Of a stretch of DNA of 64,000 bases, positions 27,051 through 39,610 are shown piece by piece (position 1 is the stretch's first letter; each line of letters opens with the position of its first letter). A program made the translations under genes and the position numbers. The stretch comes from Eukaryota sp. GEM-RC1 (lineage: Eukaryota): positions 1-64,000 of the forward strand of contig JAUFOQ010000005.1 of the NCBI GenBank assembly GCA_040285855.1. The letters are read 5' to 3'. The notes under the pieces were generated by a model that searched no databases, was not told where the DNA came from, and saw nothing but the letters and a program-made list of their open reading frames with translations.

Positions 27051-28069
27051 TGATTGATGAAGGTGGTTTTTGAATAAGAAAATGATAACGATCAGCAAAG
27101 GGCAACAAACAACCGTTATGAACAGATAGCAAAATAGGAAGTAAAGAAGACAAGCAAAACATTTCAGATCAATCTGAAATGAATACACTGTTTTTCCGAG
27201 TACTCTTTGGTTGCTTAGTTAGGAAGCTGTTGAAGAAGAGGCAGTGGTGTGTACCATCAAATGAAAATAAAGTTGTTTTTATTAAATTAAATCAAAACAT
27301 ATACTAGTAGTTAAATAGTCAAAGTTTTACAGTTCAGTGCAAAAATTTTGCTTGGTTATGACACAACACTGAAAAATATTTTAAATTTGGTATTTCCTTG
27401 GACTGAAAAAATGCTCTTTATTTCAATAGTTTTTTAAGTAAAATGACACTGGACTAATCTGTCGATAACAAATTATGATCATAAAGTTCCAATCAAAGTT
27501 GTAATGTTGTGAATGACTTCGATGAGACCGTATACCAGTGTGTCAATGACAACTTGTTTGTTGTCATTGTAAGATATATTTTGAAGACGAAATTCTGCTG
27601 TGAAATTTGTTATTATGAAGAAGTTTTTGTTTATCATCTTGAAACTTCTCAAGGAATCCCAAACAGTGGGATAATTGGAAAACTGTTTCGGAAATGAACC
27701 TGGACAAAAAAGCAGAAGACTTAACAAATGTTTCAGTTCTGCTTACGTTCGTTTGGATGATACCCTCATAGAATTATGTTTGGTGTATTTAAATTGGAAA
27801 GTTGGAATCATGTATTGTTGAGCATCGCATTAATTCCTCATACTAAATAAACATAAGCCCTTGTACATTCAACCAAAAAACAATAAATACTGACCCTACA
27901 TTAATGTACCAATTAATGTACCATAAATATTCGTAACGTACCACCTTTCACCTCACTCCTTTCTTGATGACGTCATCATTCTAATACATATTCTAAGACT
28001 ACAGAGAATTTATGTTTTATTGTTGAAGACAATTGTTCCGTCAATAAGCCAATTGTCAATCAATTGACA

Positions 28070-28728
28070 ATTCCACTCGTTGCATGTGCTTCACATCGAT
28101 GAACTGTTGAAATGTCTTCCTCAAATACTGAGCTTGACAATATTCTTAATATTGACAAGATATTCCTGAAACTTCGTACTTTGAAACGTTCACTGTTATT
28201 GAGAACACATACTCCTTTGCGTTCAAAAAGAAGAAATGCTACCAAATACTCTTCTTCTGTGTAAATGCTGAGAAGATTTACGGACCTTCTCCCTACCATT
28301 GATGCACTATTTGCCGACGATTGAAGCGTTACATATCTTATTCCAATCGGACTCAACTTGGTTTATTATCTTCCACTTTATCTACGTTCGCCAAGTTTGA
28401 TGTCGTAAACAAGATGCTTCAGTGTTCTCATGTTCGTATTCTCCGTGCCAAGGTCATATTTCAGACCATAAATCAGATCATAGATCAGAAGTTCGCATAT
28501 AAGGGAACCCATATCTCCTATCCATCAGCTATAATACATTCTCCTGACTTTGAGATTGATGTAGTGAAAGTTGTGACTGGAAGAGAAGGAAGTCTCACTC
28601 CTTCAGAAGAAAATGCCTTAAAGAAACGTCTTCGACCTGTAGAAGAACAGGATGTCGTCGTTGAGCGTGGCCTTGAGTCATCAAATTGTTCATCAATTTC
28701 GATTCCTGTTCTGAAGACACGAAGATAA
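28070..28728 (+). pseudogene. hAT-like (BED-associated RNase H fold) transposase core remnant
   Basis: PLVACASHR..KLRTLK..NATKYSS..ML; AIIHSPDFE..VVKV..LT..E..AL; contains stops. Confidence 0.7.
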
Positions 28729-29659
28729 AAGCTGTTTACACTCATCTCATCTTGGGTGAAAGCCAATAAGTTGTAGCACGATTCTTTGGAGTCCATCAGT
28801 AGATGGGTTAGCATCTTCTTTAAGAAGCCAAAATAAAGGTTTCCTCGAAGATTTTTCAGACATCAAATAAGACTTTATGTGGGGAAATCTTTCTTAAAAT
28901 GTGGTTTTCATTTGAGATTCTTAATATTTCTTTCACTCCCACTTCCAACAAACTTTTGGACCAACCACCAACTAATTTCTTCGACTTCAGCTATGTCATA
29001 CGACGAACTAGAAATTGATGCCTTTGGAGTTGAAGAAGTAGCACGTGATTATAACAACCAACTGGAAATTCACAGTATCCTTAAGTGTTGTTTACTTCAA
29101 ATAGATAATTTCATCTTTCTTCTATGATTTCCTTGAATAGATCATCAGAAACCGACAGTGAGGTTCGCATCACTGTGGCAAACTTTGGTATTAAAAGGGG
29201 GAAAGAATCTACTTAACAATATCTCCAGAACAGTTTTCTTCATCCCCTAAAGTCCTGTAATTACCTTGCTCTTGTTGAGACTCTCAACGAACTTCTGAAA
29301 TCTGATTACTAGTAGTGACAACAGCTGAAGAGCTCAGGAAATTTGTCCATCCTAATAGTGTCCTCTCTAATGAGAATCTAGACATTCTGAAAATCTAGAC
29401 AATAGTGTGTCTATACCTCCTAGTCTTTTTTCAATGGGATGCATAGACACACTTTCTCTTTCAAACTAACACCAAATTAACTAAACAAAACACAAAACCA
29501 TTAAAGAATTGAAGGGGAGTACATATTGTACAAATGAAGCAGTAATACTAGACACAAAGAAGAAACAATGAAGAGATAGAGATGTGAGAAAAGAGGATAT
29601 GAGAATTCTGACAACACACATAGAAATGAAGTGCAAAAGAAGAAGTTGACTTTTCTGCC

Positions 29660-29930
29660 GGCAGTAATTCTTCTCACATGTCCACAAGAGATTATGCTTG
29701 TACTTACAAGGACTGTGATGCAGTTTTCGGATCCAACAATGGATTAAGGCTCCACGTCACTGCCAAGCATTTCACTAACTTCCAGTGCAGTGAATGTTCG
29801 AAAGTATGTATCTTAACCACAAACTAATACTAGACATTGGAATCAGCTGCAAAACTGAGGCAATACATGCTTATATATACGGGTGAAAATTCCACGAGTG
29901 TGAAGGATGTCATCAACCCTTTGCTGTTTA
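29660..29930 (+). pseudogene. C2H2 zinc-finger array remnant with a 30-nt intron
   Basis: YACTYKDCDAVF...LRLHVTAKH; FQCSECSK^TLESAAKLRQYMLIY (His replaced by Tyr); HECEGCHQPF after a frameshift. Confidence 0.75.
29804..29833 (+). other. Spliceosomal intron, 30 nt
   Basis: GTATGT...ACTAATACTAG; contains an in-frame TAA; removal restores zinc-finger spacing. Confidence 0.75.
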
Positions 29931-31129
29931 ACAGAATCAAAACTGAAATAAAAATATATTTTTTGTGTTAATTCTTCTTCTGACAAGAATAAACACTTTA
30001 CCGACAATCCAACGAAGATTTTATGTTGGTTAAAAACAGTAGTGTTGTTACATGTCTGTATGCCAAATTGTACGCTAAGAACATAACTAAAGTGGCTTAT
30101 GAAGAGAGTGAAAAGTCTGCAGCACAATGACAACTTACGGCCCGTGATTTAGTGTCTGGGCTGCTGTGTATCTTATTGCCATTCCCTGTAGTAAATGATC
30201 ACACACTATGTACATAAGAAGAATGTTTATTAAGTACGAAGATGGAAAGTTTTTGGGAAATGTGAGTTTTGGAGGTAAATAAAAATCCAAATTATTTACC
30301 AGAAGTCAGATCCACAGTTCAAAATTGAAAAATAATTTTAGTCTGACTCAGAAATTAGTCATTTGTGACCTCAATATAAGAATGTGATTTGCACAACAGA
30401 GTGGTGAAAGACTATGGTCTTAAGTACCATGATTGGGAATATGTAAAATCATGTGACTTTACTTTGTTGTGTCAATTTCACAACAATCAAAAATGATGAA
30501 AGTTCCTCTCAGCATGTAAACTGGACTAAAAACTGCTCACATAATCAATTTAATTGTAAATGAAAAAAGTCAATTAATAAACACTATTTAAAGATTTGAT
30601 AAAGAGTAAATTGATAGAAGAATTAGAAATAAACGACAACACATGGTATAGCTATTTCGCACATGTTCATGATGACGTCAGCAACATCACATTACTCTGA
30701 ATTTTTGAGACAGGTTTACCTGTTTCAAGACCTAAGCACTTCGGTGTGATTGGATTTGAGGACATTATCAGATGGGGAGTTTGGCTGGGGAGCATGATGA
30801 CGTGATCAAGTTTCTCCCATCACGTGCATAGAGCTCATAAGTACAGACAGTTCTTGAAACAAGCTGAAGTGGTCAGACTTAAACTTTTGACGTTTAAATA
30901 GTGATAGATCTTCAAACAACGAAGGACAGATTTAGAGATTGTTTTAATTATGAGTTGAATTGAAAGACGAACATTTTCAAGTGATTGTTGAGGAGAAACA
31001 GACAAATGATGTCAGAATACAACCTAACTCTAACTCGTTGTTGAAGGGAGTGGTAACGGAAGTACAAGAAGACAAGAGTTGGAGGATCGCGGACGATTAC
31101 AAAGTACACATGCACACCTGAAAACTAGA

Positions 31130-31330
31130 AGTACGAGGAGGAGAAGATCAAAGCAACAAGAAGAAGATGTCAGAATCGACGGGAAAATGAGAGAAGTCGA
31201 TGAGGTTCTCGAGTTTATCCCCAAACTCTAAGAACCAGAGGGATCAGAAGTAAGTGGAGTGGGAAGCAAGAACAGATCTGTTGACTTCGAAGGATTCCCC
31301 ACCGAAAGAAAGGGTTTGGTTACGTAAGGA
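31130..31330 (-). pseudogene. BTB/POZ domain remnant
   Basis: LRNQTLSFGGESFEVNRSVLASHSTYF*SLWFLEFGD, with in-frame stops. Confidence 0.65.
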
Positions 31331-34254
31331 AGGTTCAACGAGGAGAATGGTCAGAGTTCTCCCTCCACTTTCTGATGTGGAGGGAGAATGGCATTAGAGT
31401 TTCTAGAAGAGAACATTCTAGTTGTTGTGGCCTTTTACATGTCTAATCTTGAACCTCCAATGAGTCGTTCATTTGATGATAATGTAACACTTACTAGCAG
31501 TTAAGTGTTCATTGTTTCCTCCTCTTCTACTTTCTCCTCCCCGCAACTTAACTCTGATACACTGTTTGCTTCGATCTCATTGCTTACTTCTTTCTCCAAG
31601 TACTTTCCAGTACTTACGTTTCCAGAGGTCTTTACTGCTCCTGATCAATCTTCACTTGCTTGTATTTTAATGTCATCTCTCAACATTATTCATTGTAACT
31701 TTCGTCCTCCTTTCATTTAAAGCAAGATCTGTGCTCATTATTAAAACCGTTTTGATTGGGTATGATTATCTTTGAATCAACTCATCAACCAGTCAAAGTG
31801 TTTCTTCAATCACATACGTTTCATGTGGTTTATAAAGACCTTCTTCAATTACATTCATCTGCCCATTTGCTCTTTGGAAGCAAATGAACTTTTCTGTCTT
31901 CTTGTACTTGATTGGGAAGAATAGAGATGAATAATTTCGTTGTTGTTGTTCTTCACAAGACTAGAGGATTTTAATTGAAGTTGAGTAATTGCAATGAGTT
32001 GGAATTGCTTTTATAATTTTATTGTTTCTGGTCGTATCTGTCTTGTGTTCAGGCATTTCTATATGATAAGTTCAAGTATCAATACTCAATAATGAAAGTA
32101 ACTTTCGTTATTCGTTTTGCCCTAAAGTCCCACACTAAATTAATATAATTTACATTTCTCACAATAATCTCAACCCAAGCATCCCATGCAATCGACATGG
32201 ACAAATTAGGAATCATATTTGATTGCCTATCTCTTTCTGCATTCACTCTGTTGGCATCAACAATTGATTGGCTTCTGTGTTTAACTTGTGTTGGACATGG
32301 TTGTCGAGGCTTGAATCAAAGATGATGTAGAATGTACGGCCTTAATATGGCTTCTGTTTTTTGATTTGCTGTAAATTACTCCCTAAGAGAAATATATTCT
32401 TTCCGTACATTTACTAAACAAAGGATGATGGATCTTTTGGAAATGAATACTAATGATAACTATTACTCAACTACATGTACTTCTTGTTATTCTATGATAG
32501 GTTTCAGAATCAATGCTTTGCAAAGAACTTTTTTATACTATAACTTTTCATCTCTGTTGGGAATCTTGATAACATCACATTCAAACTCTGGTGCATTCAT
32601 GATTAAGACAGTTGATTCTTCATGGGGAAAAACAAAAGATCATGATGGAATGCCGGTTTTTTGTTAAGAAGATACAATTTATTCTTCTGAAGTAGTTTGA
32701 AGTAAGTGCTTGCATTGTCCTTGACATAAAAGTGTATCATCGTTTTTTCATTGTAGGGAAGAATCTACATTTTTCTTCCAGGTGGTAGTCCTTAAAATTC
32801 GACATTGAATTAGTGAAACCCTTGGAAATGATACGTTTAACTCAACAATCTCAGATATATTGCTTTTCGAGGTCTAACAATTGGACTTTTGATTCGGGAT
32901 TTAATAATGCTCAGATGCTTGTTTATTGGTAGAGGTACTCATAGAAGTTAGAAAACTACTTAATACTTTCTGTGCGTTATTCCGTAACAAAATGGGGGAC
33001 CGTACCGTATATATGCAGGAGAAAGAATTACGAGTTTGGGATATGGGTGGTTATCGAAATCAGATAGTGTATCTTCAGGATGATAGGAGGAGCTTGATGT
33101 TGCTGGTGTCAGAATTCGAGAGGATTATCGTCTACACCGGAATAGACTGGCATAACGCTGAACAATACAAGTCCGTATCTTTTCCCCTCAAAGAAGGCCT
33201 CACTGAAATGTTCATTTCCGATTGTTTCTAGCCGATTCAATCAATTAGGTGAAATTGCAGGTAATTGATTTCTGACATCCTAATATTCAGAAAAATTAAT
33301 TGCTCGTGGAATATCATAAAAAAATCAACTCATTATTCAAAATCCTCGATAAACAGTTCTGCCACATATGACTGCACAAAAGGAAAGTCTGTTGAAAACT
33401 TGAAAATACAGCTTGTATCAATCTTATCCGAAATAAAGGTGAAATCACGTCAACTCAAGAATAAGCTTCTTAATTACTGGTATGAAATGATTCAGTCTCG
33501 ACTAAGCCAAAAGCCAATGGAAACAATTCGGCACTTGAGGAAGCAGTTAGCAGAAGTCCTCGTATTATTGATACGCGGAGATATGTAATATGGCTACCGT
33601 CTAAGCAAATGAGTGGCCTGCAATATTCCAATCATTTTCTATTGGTTCTATAAATTATAACATTTTGTAAAAAAATCTGATTAGTAGTGGAATAAATAAG
33701 ACTAACTAGAATCTTGAGAAATTTGTTCGAAGTAGTATATAATTACATCTTGAGTTAAATAAAATAAATCGACTCGAGTCCTATTTCAGACCACAGAGTC
33801 TGTGGAGGTGATTCAGCGACAAGATTCAAACATTTAGTTCAAAAATGTAATTCCAGTTGTTATTTACTACACGAAAATCAGCTAATGTCTTCACATGGAA
33901 TCTATAATTAAGATAACATATTACTACATCTAGATTAAATATTCTCGACAATTATCACAACGGATGGCTAGAATTAGGTTTCGGAAGAAAATTCTTTAAT
34001 TTAATATTTACTTACTTTTTTTTCATAAATATTTATTGTACTCTTACAAACTGTAGCAGTATTTCATGGTTTGAAAAATATATCTTATTTCGAGACGACC
34101 TATGTATACAACTAAATACACAAAACTGACTAAAAATGCAAACAAAAACAATTCTGCATGACGTTTGGGTTTCCTCCAAGATGACTGCAGGGACAATAAG
34201 ACAATTCTAGTGGTCACTCACCATCTTCAAACACTACGCCAGAAGGATCTTGCA

Positions 34255-34445
34255 TCAGACCGGATCTTTCATCCAGCAAGGAACTTATTGACCTAAGAAT
34301 TTTTCATCCAGCAAGGAACTTATTGACCTAAGAATTGTTGGTGGCTCTTTCAAACCCCTTGATCTCTCTATTGAGAGAGCTGAGAAGAGCAAGCTATCTA
34401 AATACAACAATTCTAACAAAACGGTGGTTCCCCTCGTCTTCTTTT
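34255..34445 (+). mobile_element. REL endonuclease remnant of a non-LTR element with a 35-bp tandem duplication
   Basis: IRPDL..IDLRIV..AEKSKLSKY..VVPLVF; 34267-34301 is repeated at 34302-34336. Confidence 0.6.
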
Positions 34446-36756
34446 TTTCTTTTCTTTCTCCTCTGGAGCTCCTTCTGATACTTTGAGACAGTGGTTGAAG
34501 GCTGACCACCTTGATCACTTGATCTCACTTGATGAATGCCGTTATCATGAAGGAGAATGATCCCACTTAAACTCTCACGAAACCGCCAAACTGTGTACAA
34601 CTAGATCGAGGTGACTTTGACTTCATAAGTATTTTAGCTTATATTGCCTTAAAACTTCATCGAACAATAAACATTGATTGTCAAAAAAACCATGATGATC
34701 AGCTTTGAACGAGATTAAGTCATCACTGACAAGGTTTCATCCAGACTACTAGTTCATCAACATCATATCGAATTGATCTTATACATTCTCCCCATTTTGA
34801 GATGGGGGTCATTGAATTTCTTAACAAATAAGAGTCGATGATTATTAGAAAAGAAAATCTCTGTCACATCAAGAGTATATTATTGAAAGTCTTTACTCTA
34901 ACACTCATAAGTTTCACCTTTCAATTTATGTGACTCGCAAAAAATCGATCTGTGTAAACATTTTTCCCCTAAAATAGAGCTTGTTGAATTAAAGTGAGGA
35001 ATTCACAGTAAATTCTATTGATTTAACAGGTTCAACTATACCAACCAGTATATTGATCGTTAATCAATGTTGATTGTGAGTTCAAGAACCAATTCCAATA
35101 GATTCCAATACAATACTTCATATATTGATGTATCCCGTAGAACGAGGATTGTCACAAAGAAATTGTTCAGTTATAACGTTCAAAATGTCATTGAAGAAAA
35201 AACATCTGTGTGTTCTGTAAGACTTTTTATATATCAAAACAACTACTGGAAATTTCTTCCAACAATATTAGATCGTCAATCATGTAACAATGCTGTGATA
35301 TTTGAAATAATTCTCTTAAGAATCCGACATAACAAAGCCAATCAGCCATCAAATGATTGAGTTGATGACGTCATCAACCAGGAATCCAAAGTAAAGTAAC
35401 AAACCTAAAAATCAAAGTAAGATCAGGTTATGTCAAGAGAAATAGACATGGAGGTAGATGAATCGAGAAATAGACTCAAGTATGGATGTTTAATCAAGAG
35501 TAAGTTAGAGAACAGACTCAACTAGAGTATGATAACGTCAAACACGGTTCCTAACACCGTGTTAACACGTGTCAAGGATTACTTCTGGTGACGTGTCACA
35601 TACACAGCACTCAATTGACGAAGAAAAATTGATCTGGAAATGAGATCATCGGTCCCCTGTTGTGAACTAATAAAGAAGTGGAGAAGAGAGTAGACGAGAG
35701 CAACATTGTAGAGCAAAGGACATAAATGTGACGTTTAAGAGAGTTGAAGTTCATGTCCTCTCCTCAATGTTGAACATGTAACCTTCTCCTGATCAAGATG
35801 GGACGCTCTTAGTGACGCGCCGCGATTCTACTGCTCAATCCTATTCAATTAGAGGTACAACTCTTTCTTTTCTTGATCTACCTCTCCTCAAAGTCCTTTC
35901 GATGTTCGATCTTCACGTCTTTGTGACCAATCGAACTCCTACAGAGATTCATGAGCACCGTTTGATCCGAAACCAAAAGCTACATAAGAACGTGATTACC
36001 AGTCCGAAGTCTCTCTCATTTCCTTTAACTAAAACTGAATCTCTACCTCTAAGCTCTGTCGCTTCTCCTCGTCCTTCACACTCCTTCGATTCATTCTTTC
36101 TTTCTCCCTCAAAGTAATGTCTTGCCAGTTCTCTCGTCTCCTTACCTTTGTGACTCTCTACTTGTCAAACACTAGTATTCATCACTGATATAGGCCATCT
36201 TGAAAGTATTTGATTTGTTTTTCTGATGTACTTTCTGAAAAAAGCTTTTATTAAGACCATGTTCATTGTTCTTTTATTCTGAATGAGTCCAAAGAAACTT
36301 CGTTAATGGAGATTATTGGATTCTAAATTTCCTTTTTATCAAACTAATAACATTGTTGAGTGTTAGTTTTGAGTCTACTTAAGTCAATACTACTGATTTA
36401 ATAGTTACCTATCAACTTCTTCAATTATTCATTATCAGTCTTAATGGACAGTTGTTTACTTATCTTCTTTCAACACTTCTTTGTTTTAATTACTGGTTTA
36501 AATGGTTCTACTCAGTGGAGGAAGGAATTTTCACTACTCAGAATCTTTTTTTTACTGTTTTTTTATTTAGTTCATTTGACCTTTGATAATATAATAACTC
36601 AACAGGTCAATGTGCTCAAAACAACTGTTAACACTTTACTTTTATTCTCATTACTTACTCCTGGATTTAGACCTCTCCAAGTATAATAATTAGAGGTTTG
36701 AGTAAGTTAAACAAAGACAATGTAAAGTACTTGACAGTAGTCCAAATCTCCTTATC

Positions 36757-37175
36757 CTAGCTTAATGTTGATGGAGAAAGAGAGTTTGGAGTAGGAAGAG
36801 ATTTGATTAGAGGAATTTGACAGCTTGACACAGCTCTTGAGTCAAACTGTTCAGGTGTATCATACTTAGGACTCATAGCATTTGGTCTGGTTACTAGAGT
36901 TGTGGCTGCAAGGTTTTTAGAGGTACCAAAATCAGCAACTCTAACGTGATCATCAAGAGTTGAATGTTTCAACTCTCAATGACCACTTTTTGTCTAGAAC
37001 CAACACTGGCTGGTAAGACAGCAGGATGGCTGATGGGAGGACCTTCCTCATTGCAATTGATAATAGCCGGAGTACCAATTACAGACTTCATAAGTAGAAA
37101 CTTCACTGCTTGGTAAGGTTCTTTAGAGTATCCAAGGGTTGTTGTAGAGACCACCAGAAGTGTAAACGTCACCAT
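36757..37175 (-). pseudogene. Protein kinase pseudogene fragment
   Basis: HVRVADFGTSK...SPKYDTPEQF (subdomains VII-VIII); catalytic HRD loop absent. Confidence 0.75.
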
Positions 37176-37332
37176 TTGTTAATTCAACACACTATAATTA
37201 ATATTAAAATCGGAAGTGATTTGGAATTCTAAACGAAGGTTATACTTCCTACTTCAACTGAAAACCAAGAAAATTCAAGAACAAGGAACGATTTCAGTCT
37301 TGGCTAGACTAACCCATAGAGCCAAACGACCA

Positions 37333-37764
37333 TTAGTCTAGAAGTTCATCAGTATAATGATCGTCTTTACATAAAATGTAAGTATCATCTAAATAGGAAA
37401 ATACTTCCAAATTACTTGACTTACAGAACTCCAAAATGTAAAGAGTCCCCAAAGCTTGATTGCGAAGTTGATAAGGAATTTCAAGAAATTTTGGACAATA
37501 TCTGATATTATAGAAGTTTTCGTCGATAGCTATATTTGCTATTTCTTTGTCAACCCTTACATAGTCTGAACAATATTTGTAATTGTTTTCATCTTTCTTC
37601 ACAGCAAGTTTACAAAAATTTTTGTCTTTTTTCAATTCATCTGAACAGTATTTGAAATGACAAGGATATTCTTCAAGCATACTTTCAGCTAAGCTTTTGT
37701 CGCTTCTTGCCTCTTCTGAAACAATTAAATGATAGCTTTTACTTTTACATACTGAACATACCAT
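37333..37764 (-). CDS. DUF4116-like repeat protein
   Basis: Repeated FKYCSDELKKDKNFCKLAV / YKYCSDYVRVDKEIANIAI units; starts immediately beside the pogo TIR. Confidence 0.6.
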   Translation of the reverse strand: MVCSVCKSKSYHLIVSEEARSDKSLAESMLEEYPCHFKYCSDELKKDKNFCKLAVKKDENNYKYCSDYVRVDKEIANIAIDENFYNIRYCPKFLEIPYQLRNQALGTLYILEFCKSSNLEVFSYLDDTYILCKDDHYTDELLD

Positions 37765-37767
37765 TTA

Positions 37768-39003
37768 TAGTAGAGACACCAATACAAGCCTTCTACCAAT
37801 ACAAGCCTAGAGAATAGTAGGCTTGTACGATCTATGAAGTTAAATGTGTCGTTATTCATTGTAGATCCAAATAAAATAAAATTGATGGTAAAATAAAGTT
37901 GTATTGGTGTATTATCTTCTTACATCCACTCTTCTTCCATGAATAACGAAAACTTTGCCGAAGCTCTGCTTTCTTTTTTGTCGGACGTCATGATGGCTCC
38001 TTGTTCAAGGGAAAAGCTCCAATCTCCCATAGACCTCTTTGAAAACTTCTCTAGAGATGAGCTGAAAAGAATTTGTCGTTTCACCAATGAATCTCTGAAC
38101 CTCTCAAGACCTAATTCTGTAAAATTAACGGCGACAAAGGCTGACCAGGCAATTTCTCTTTTTAAAGTCATTGATCCTTCCCCATCCAAATCCGAAGAAA
38201 AATCAACCGTTACCTATTGACGGCTCTCTAGAGGCTTCACTTGATGGAAGTTATCTTTTGATGAAGTGTAATTCCAGTTCCAGCTGGATGAATTCTGAGA
38301 GAATAATTAAATATATTGAATATGCTTTTCCTCTTCGGATGAGAAGAAAAGTCCTTTTGTTGTTCGATGAGGCCCCCTGTCATAAGTCAGTCATGGTCAG
38401 ACAATACTTAGACAGTAGAGAGAACATCGATTACCTGATTATTCCAGGTCACCTGACACCATATCTACAACCTGCAGATGTTTCATGGTTCTCTGTGATC
38501 AAAGTCGATTTGAGATCAAACATGCAGGCATTTTTTTTACGGTGGTGATTATGAACGAACTAAAAGGGTAATATGAAGAAACCATCTGAAGTTAGAATGG
38601 GGAGATGGTTTGATGATGCTTTGAATTGTTTAACGAAAGAACAGATAAAGAAGTCGTTCAACCGTGTCTTACTTGATGCTGTAAGCAATCTGTACGTAGC
38701 TCGTCATCCCGTGCTAGAAGATATTCAAGTCGTAGATAGCAGTAGTGAGGGAGGAAGATGTAGATACGGAAGACGAAAATGTAGAGGTTCTGAACAATCT
38801 CTTCAATAGCGTGTTTCCTGAGTAATCAAGTCATCATGATAATAAAGTTCATTTATATGCAGTGTAGTAACACCATTACTAATGGTCCATTAGTGTAAAG
38901 CAAGCATCCATTAGTGTACCAATAGAAGCCTCTACCAATACAAGCCTAGAAAAATTCAGGCTAGTACGGTGTTTAGAAAGGGACTGTATTGGTGTCCTCT
39001 TGG
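37768..39003 (+). mobile_element. Internally deleted pogo-like (DDE_1) transposon
   Basis: SSWMN..KVLLLFDEAPCH..IPGHLTPYLQPADVSWF; degenerate TIRs sharing GACACCAATACA; repeated CCAATACAAGCC at both ends. Confidence 0.85.
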
Positions 39004-39121
39004 TAGTTATTTGCGAGAGTGCCAAAAGTCAATTATAAACACAAAAATACTGCAAAAATGTAGAATCGAGTGTTAGTACAACATCTAAAAAGTAAAAACT
39101 GAACCTGGAGACAAAGATCTT

Positions 39122-39610
39122 TAGCTATGGGAGCCGAGCCAGCCAGCCCTTTCCAAAATGGAAATATTTTCAGACGCAAGCCAGCTCAAAGAATTTTAGC
39201 CAGCTCATGCCGATTATTAAAGGTTCATAGCAGAAATAAACAAAATTGATTCACGACTTGATGCAAACATAACAACGCAAGAAATAAATGAAAACTAAAA
39301 AAATCCTAGGGAATCACATAAATAACCTTTCCTTTTTCACTTCAAATTACAATGTCCGTTACTTTAATCTCTGACAGTGAAGAACCTATAAAAGTATCTC
39401 AAAGCAACTCTTCCAATGACTTAGTTTCCTTAGAACTCATCAGGTCTCTTTCCAAAGATATTGCTCCTTCCTTTTAACAGGCAGCCAAGAAGCTCCTGAT
39501 GATATAGAAGTGCTTACTTAAACCATTGACTGTAAACTCTATGTCACTAAGCGCTACAAGTCATCGACAGCCACAGGTAACTTACGTTCTCATGTAAAGA
39601 AGCACAATAG
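39122..39610 (+). mobile_element. 5' remnant of a hAT element (terminus plus BED finger)
   Basis: TAGCTATGGG start with GCCAGC repeats; KDIAPSF..KCLL..KSSTATGNLRSHVKKH parallels the N-terminus of the 6498 transposase. Confidence 0.55.
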
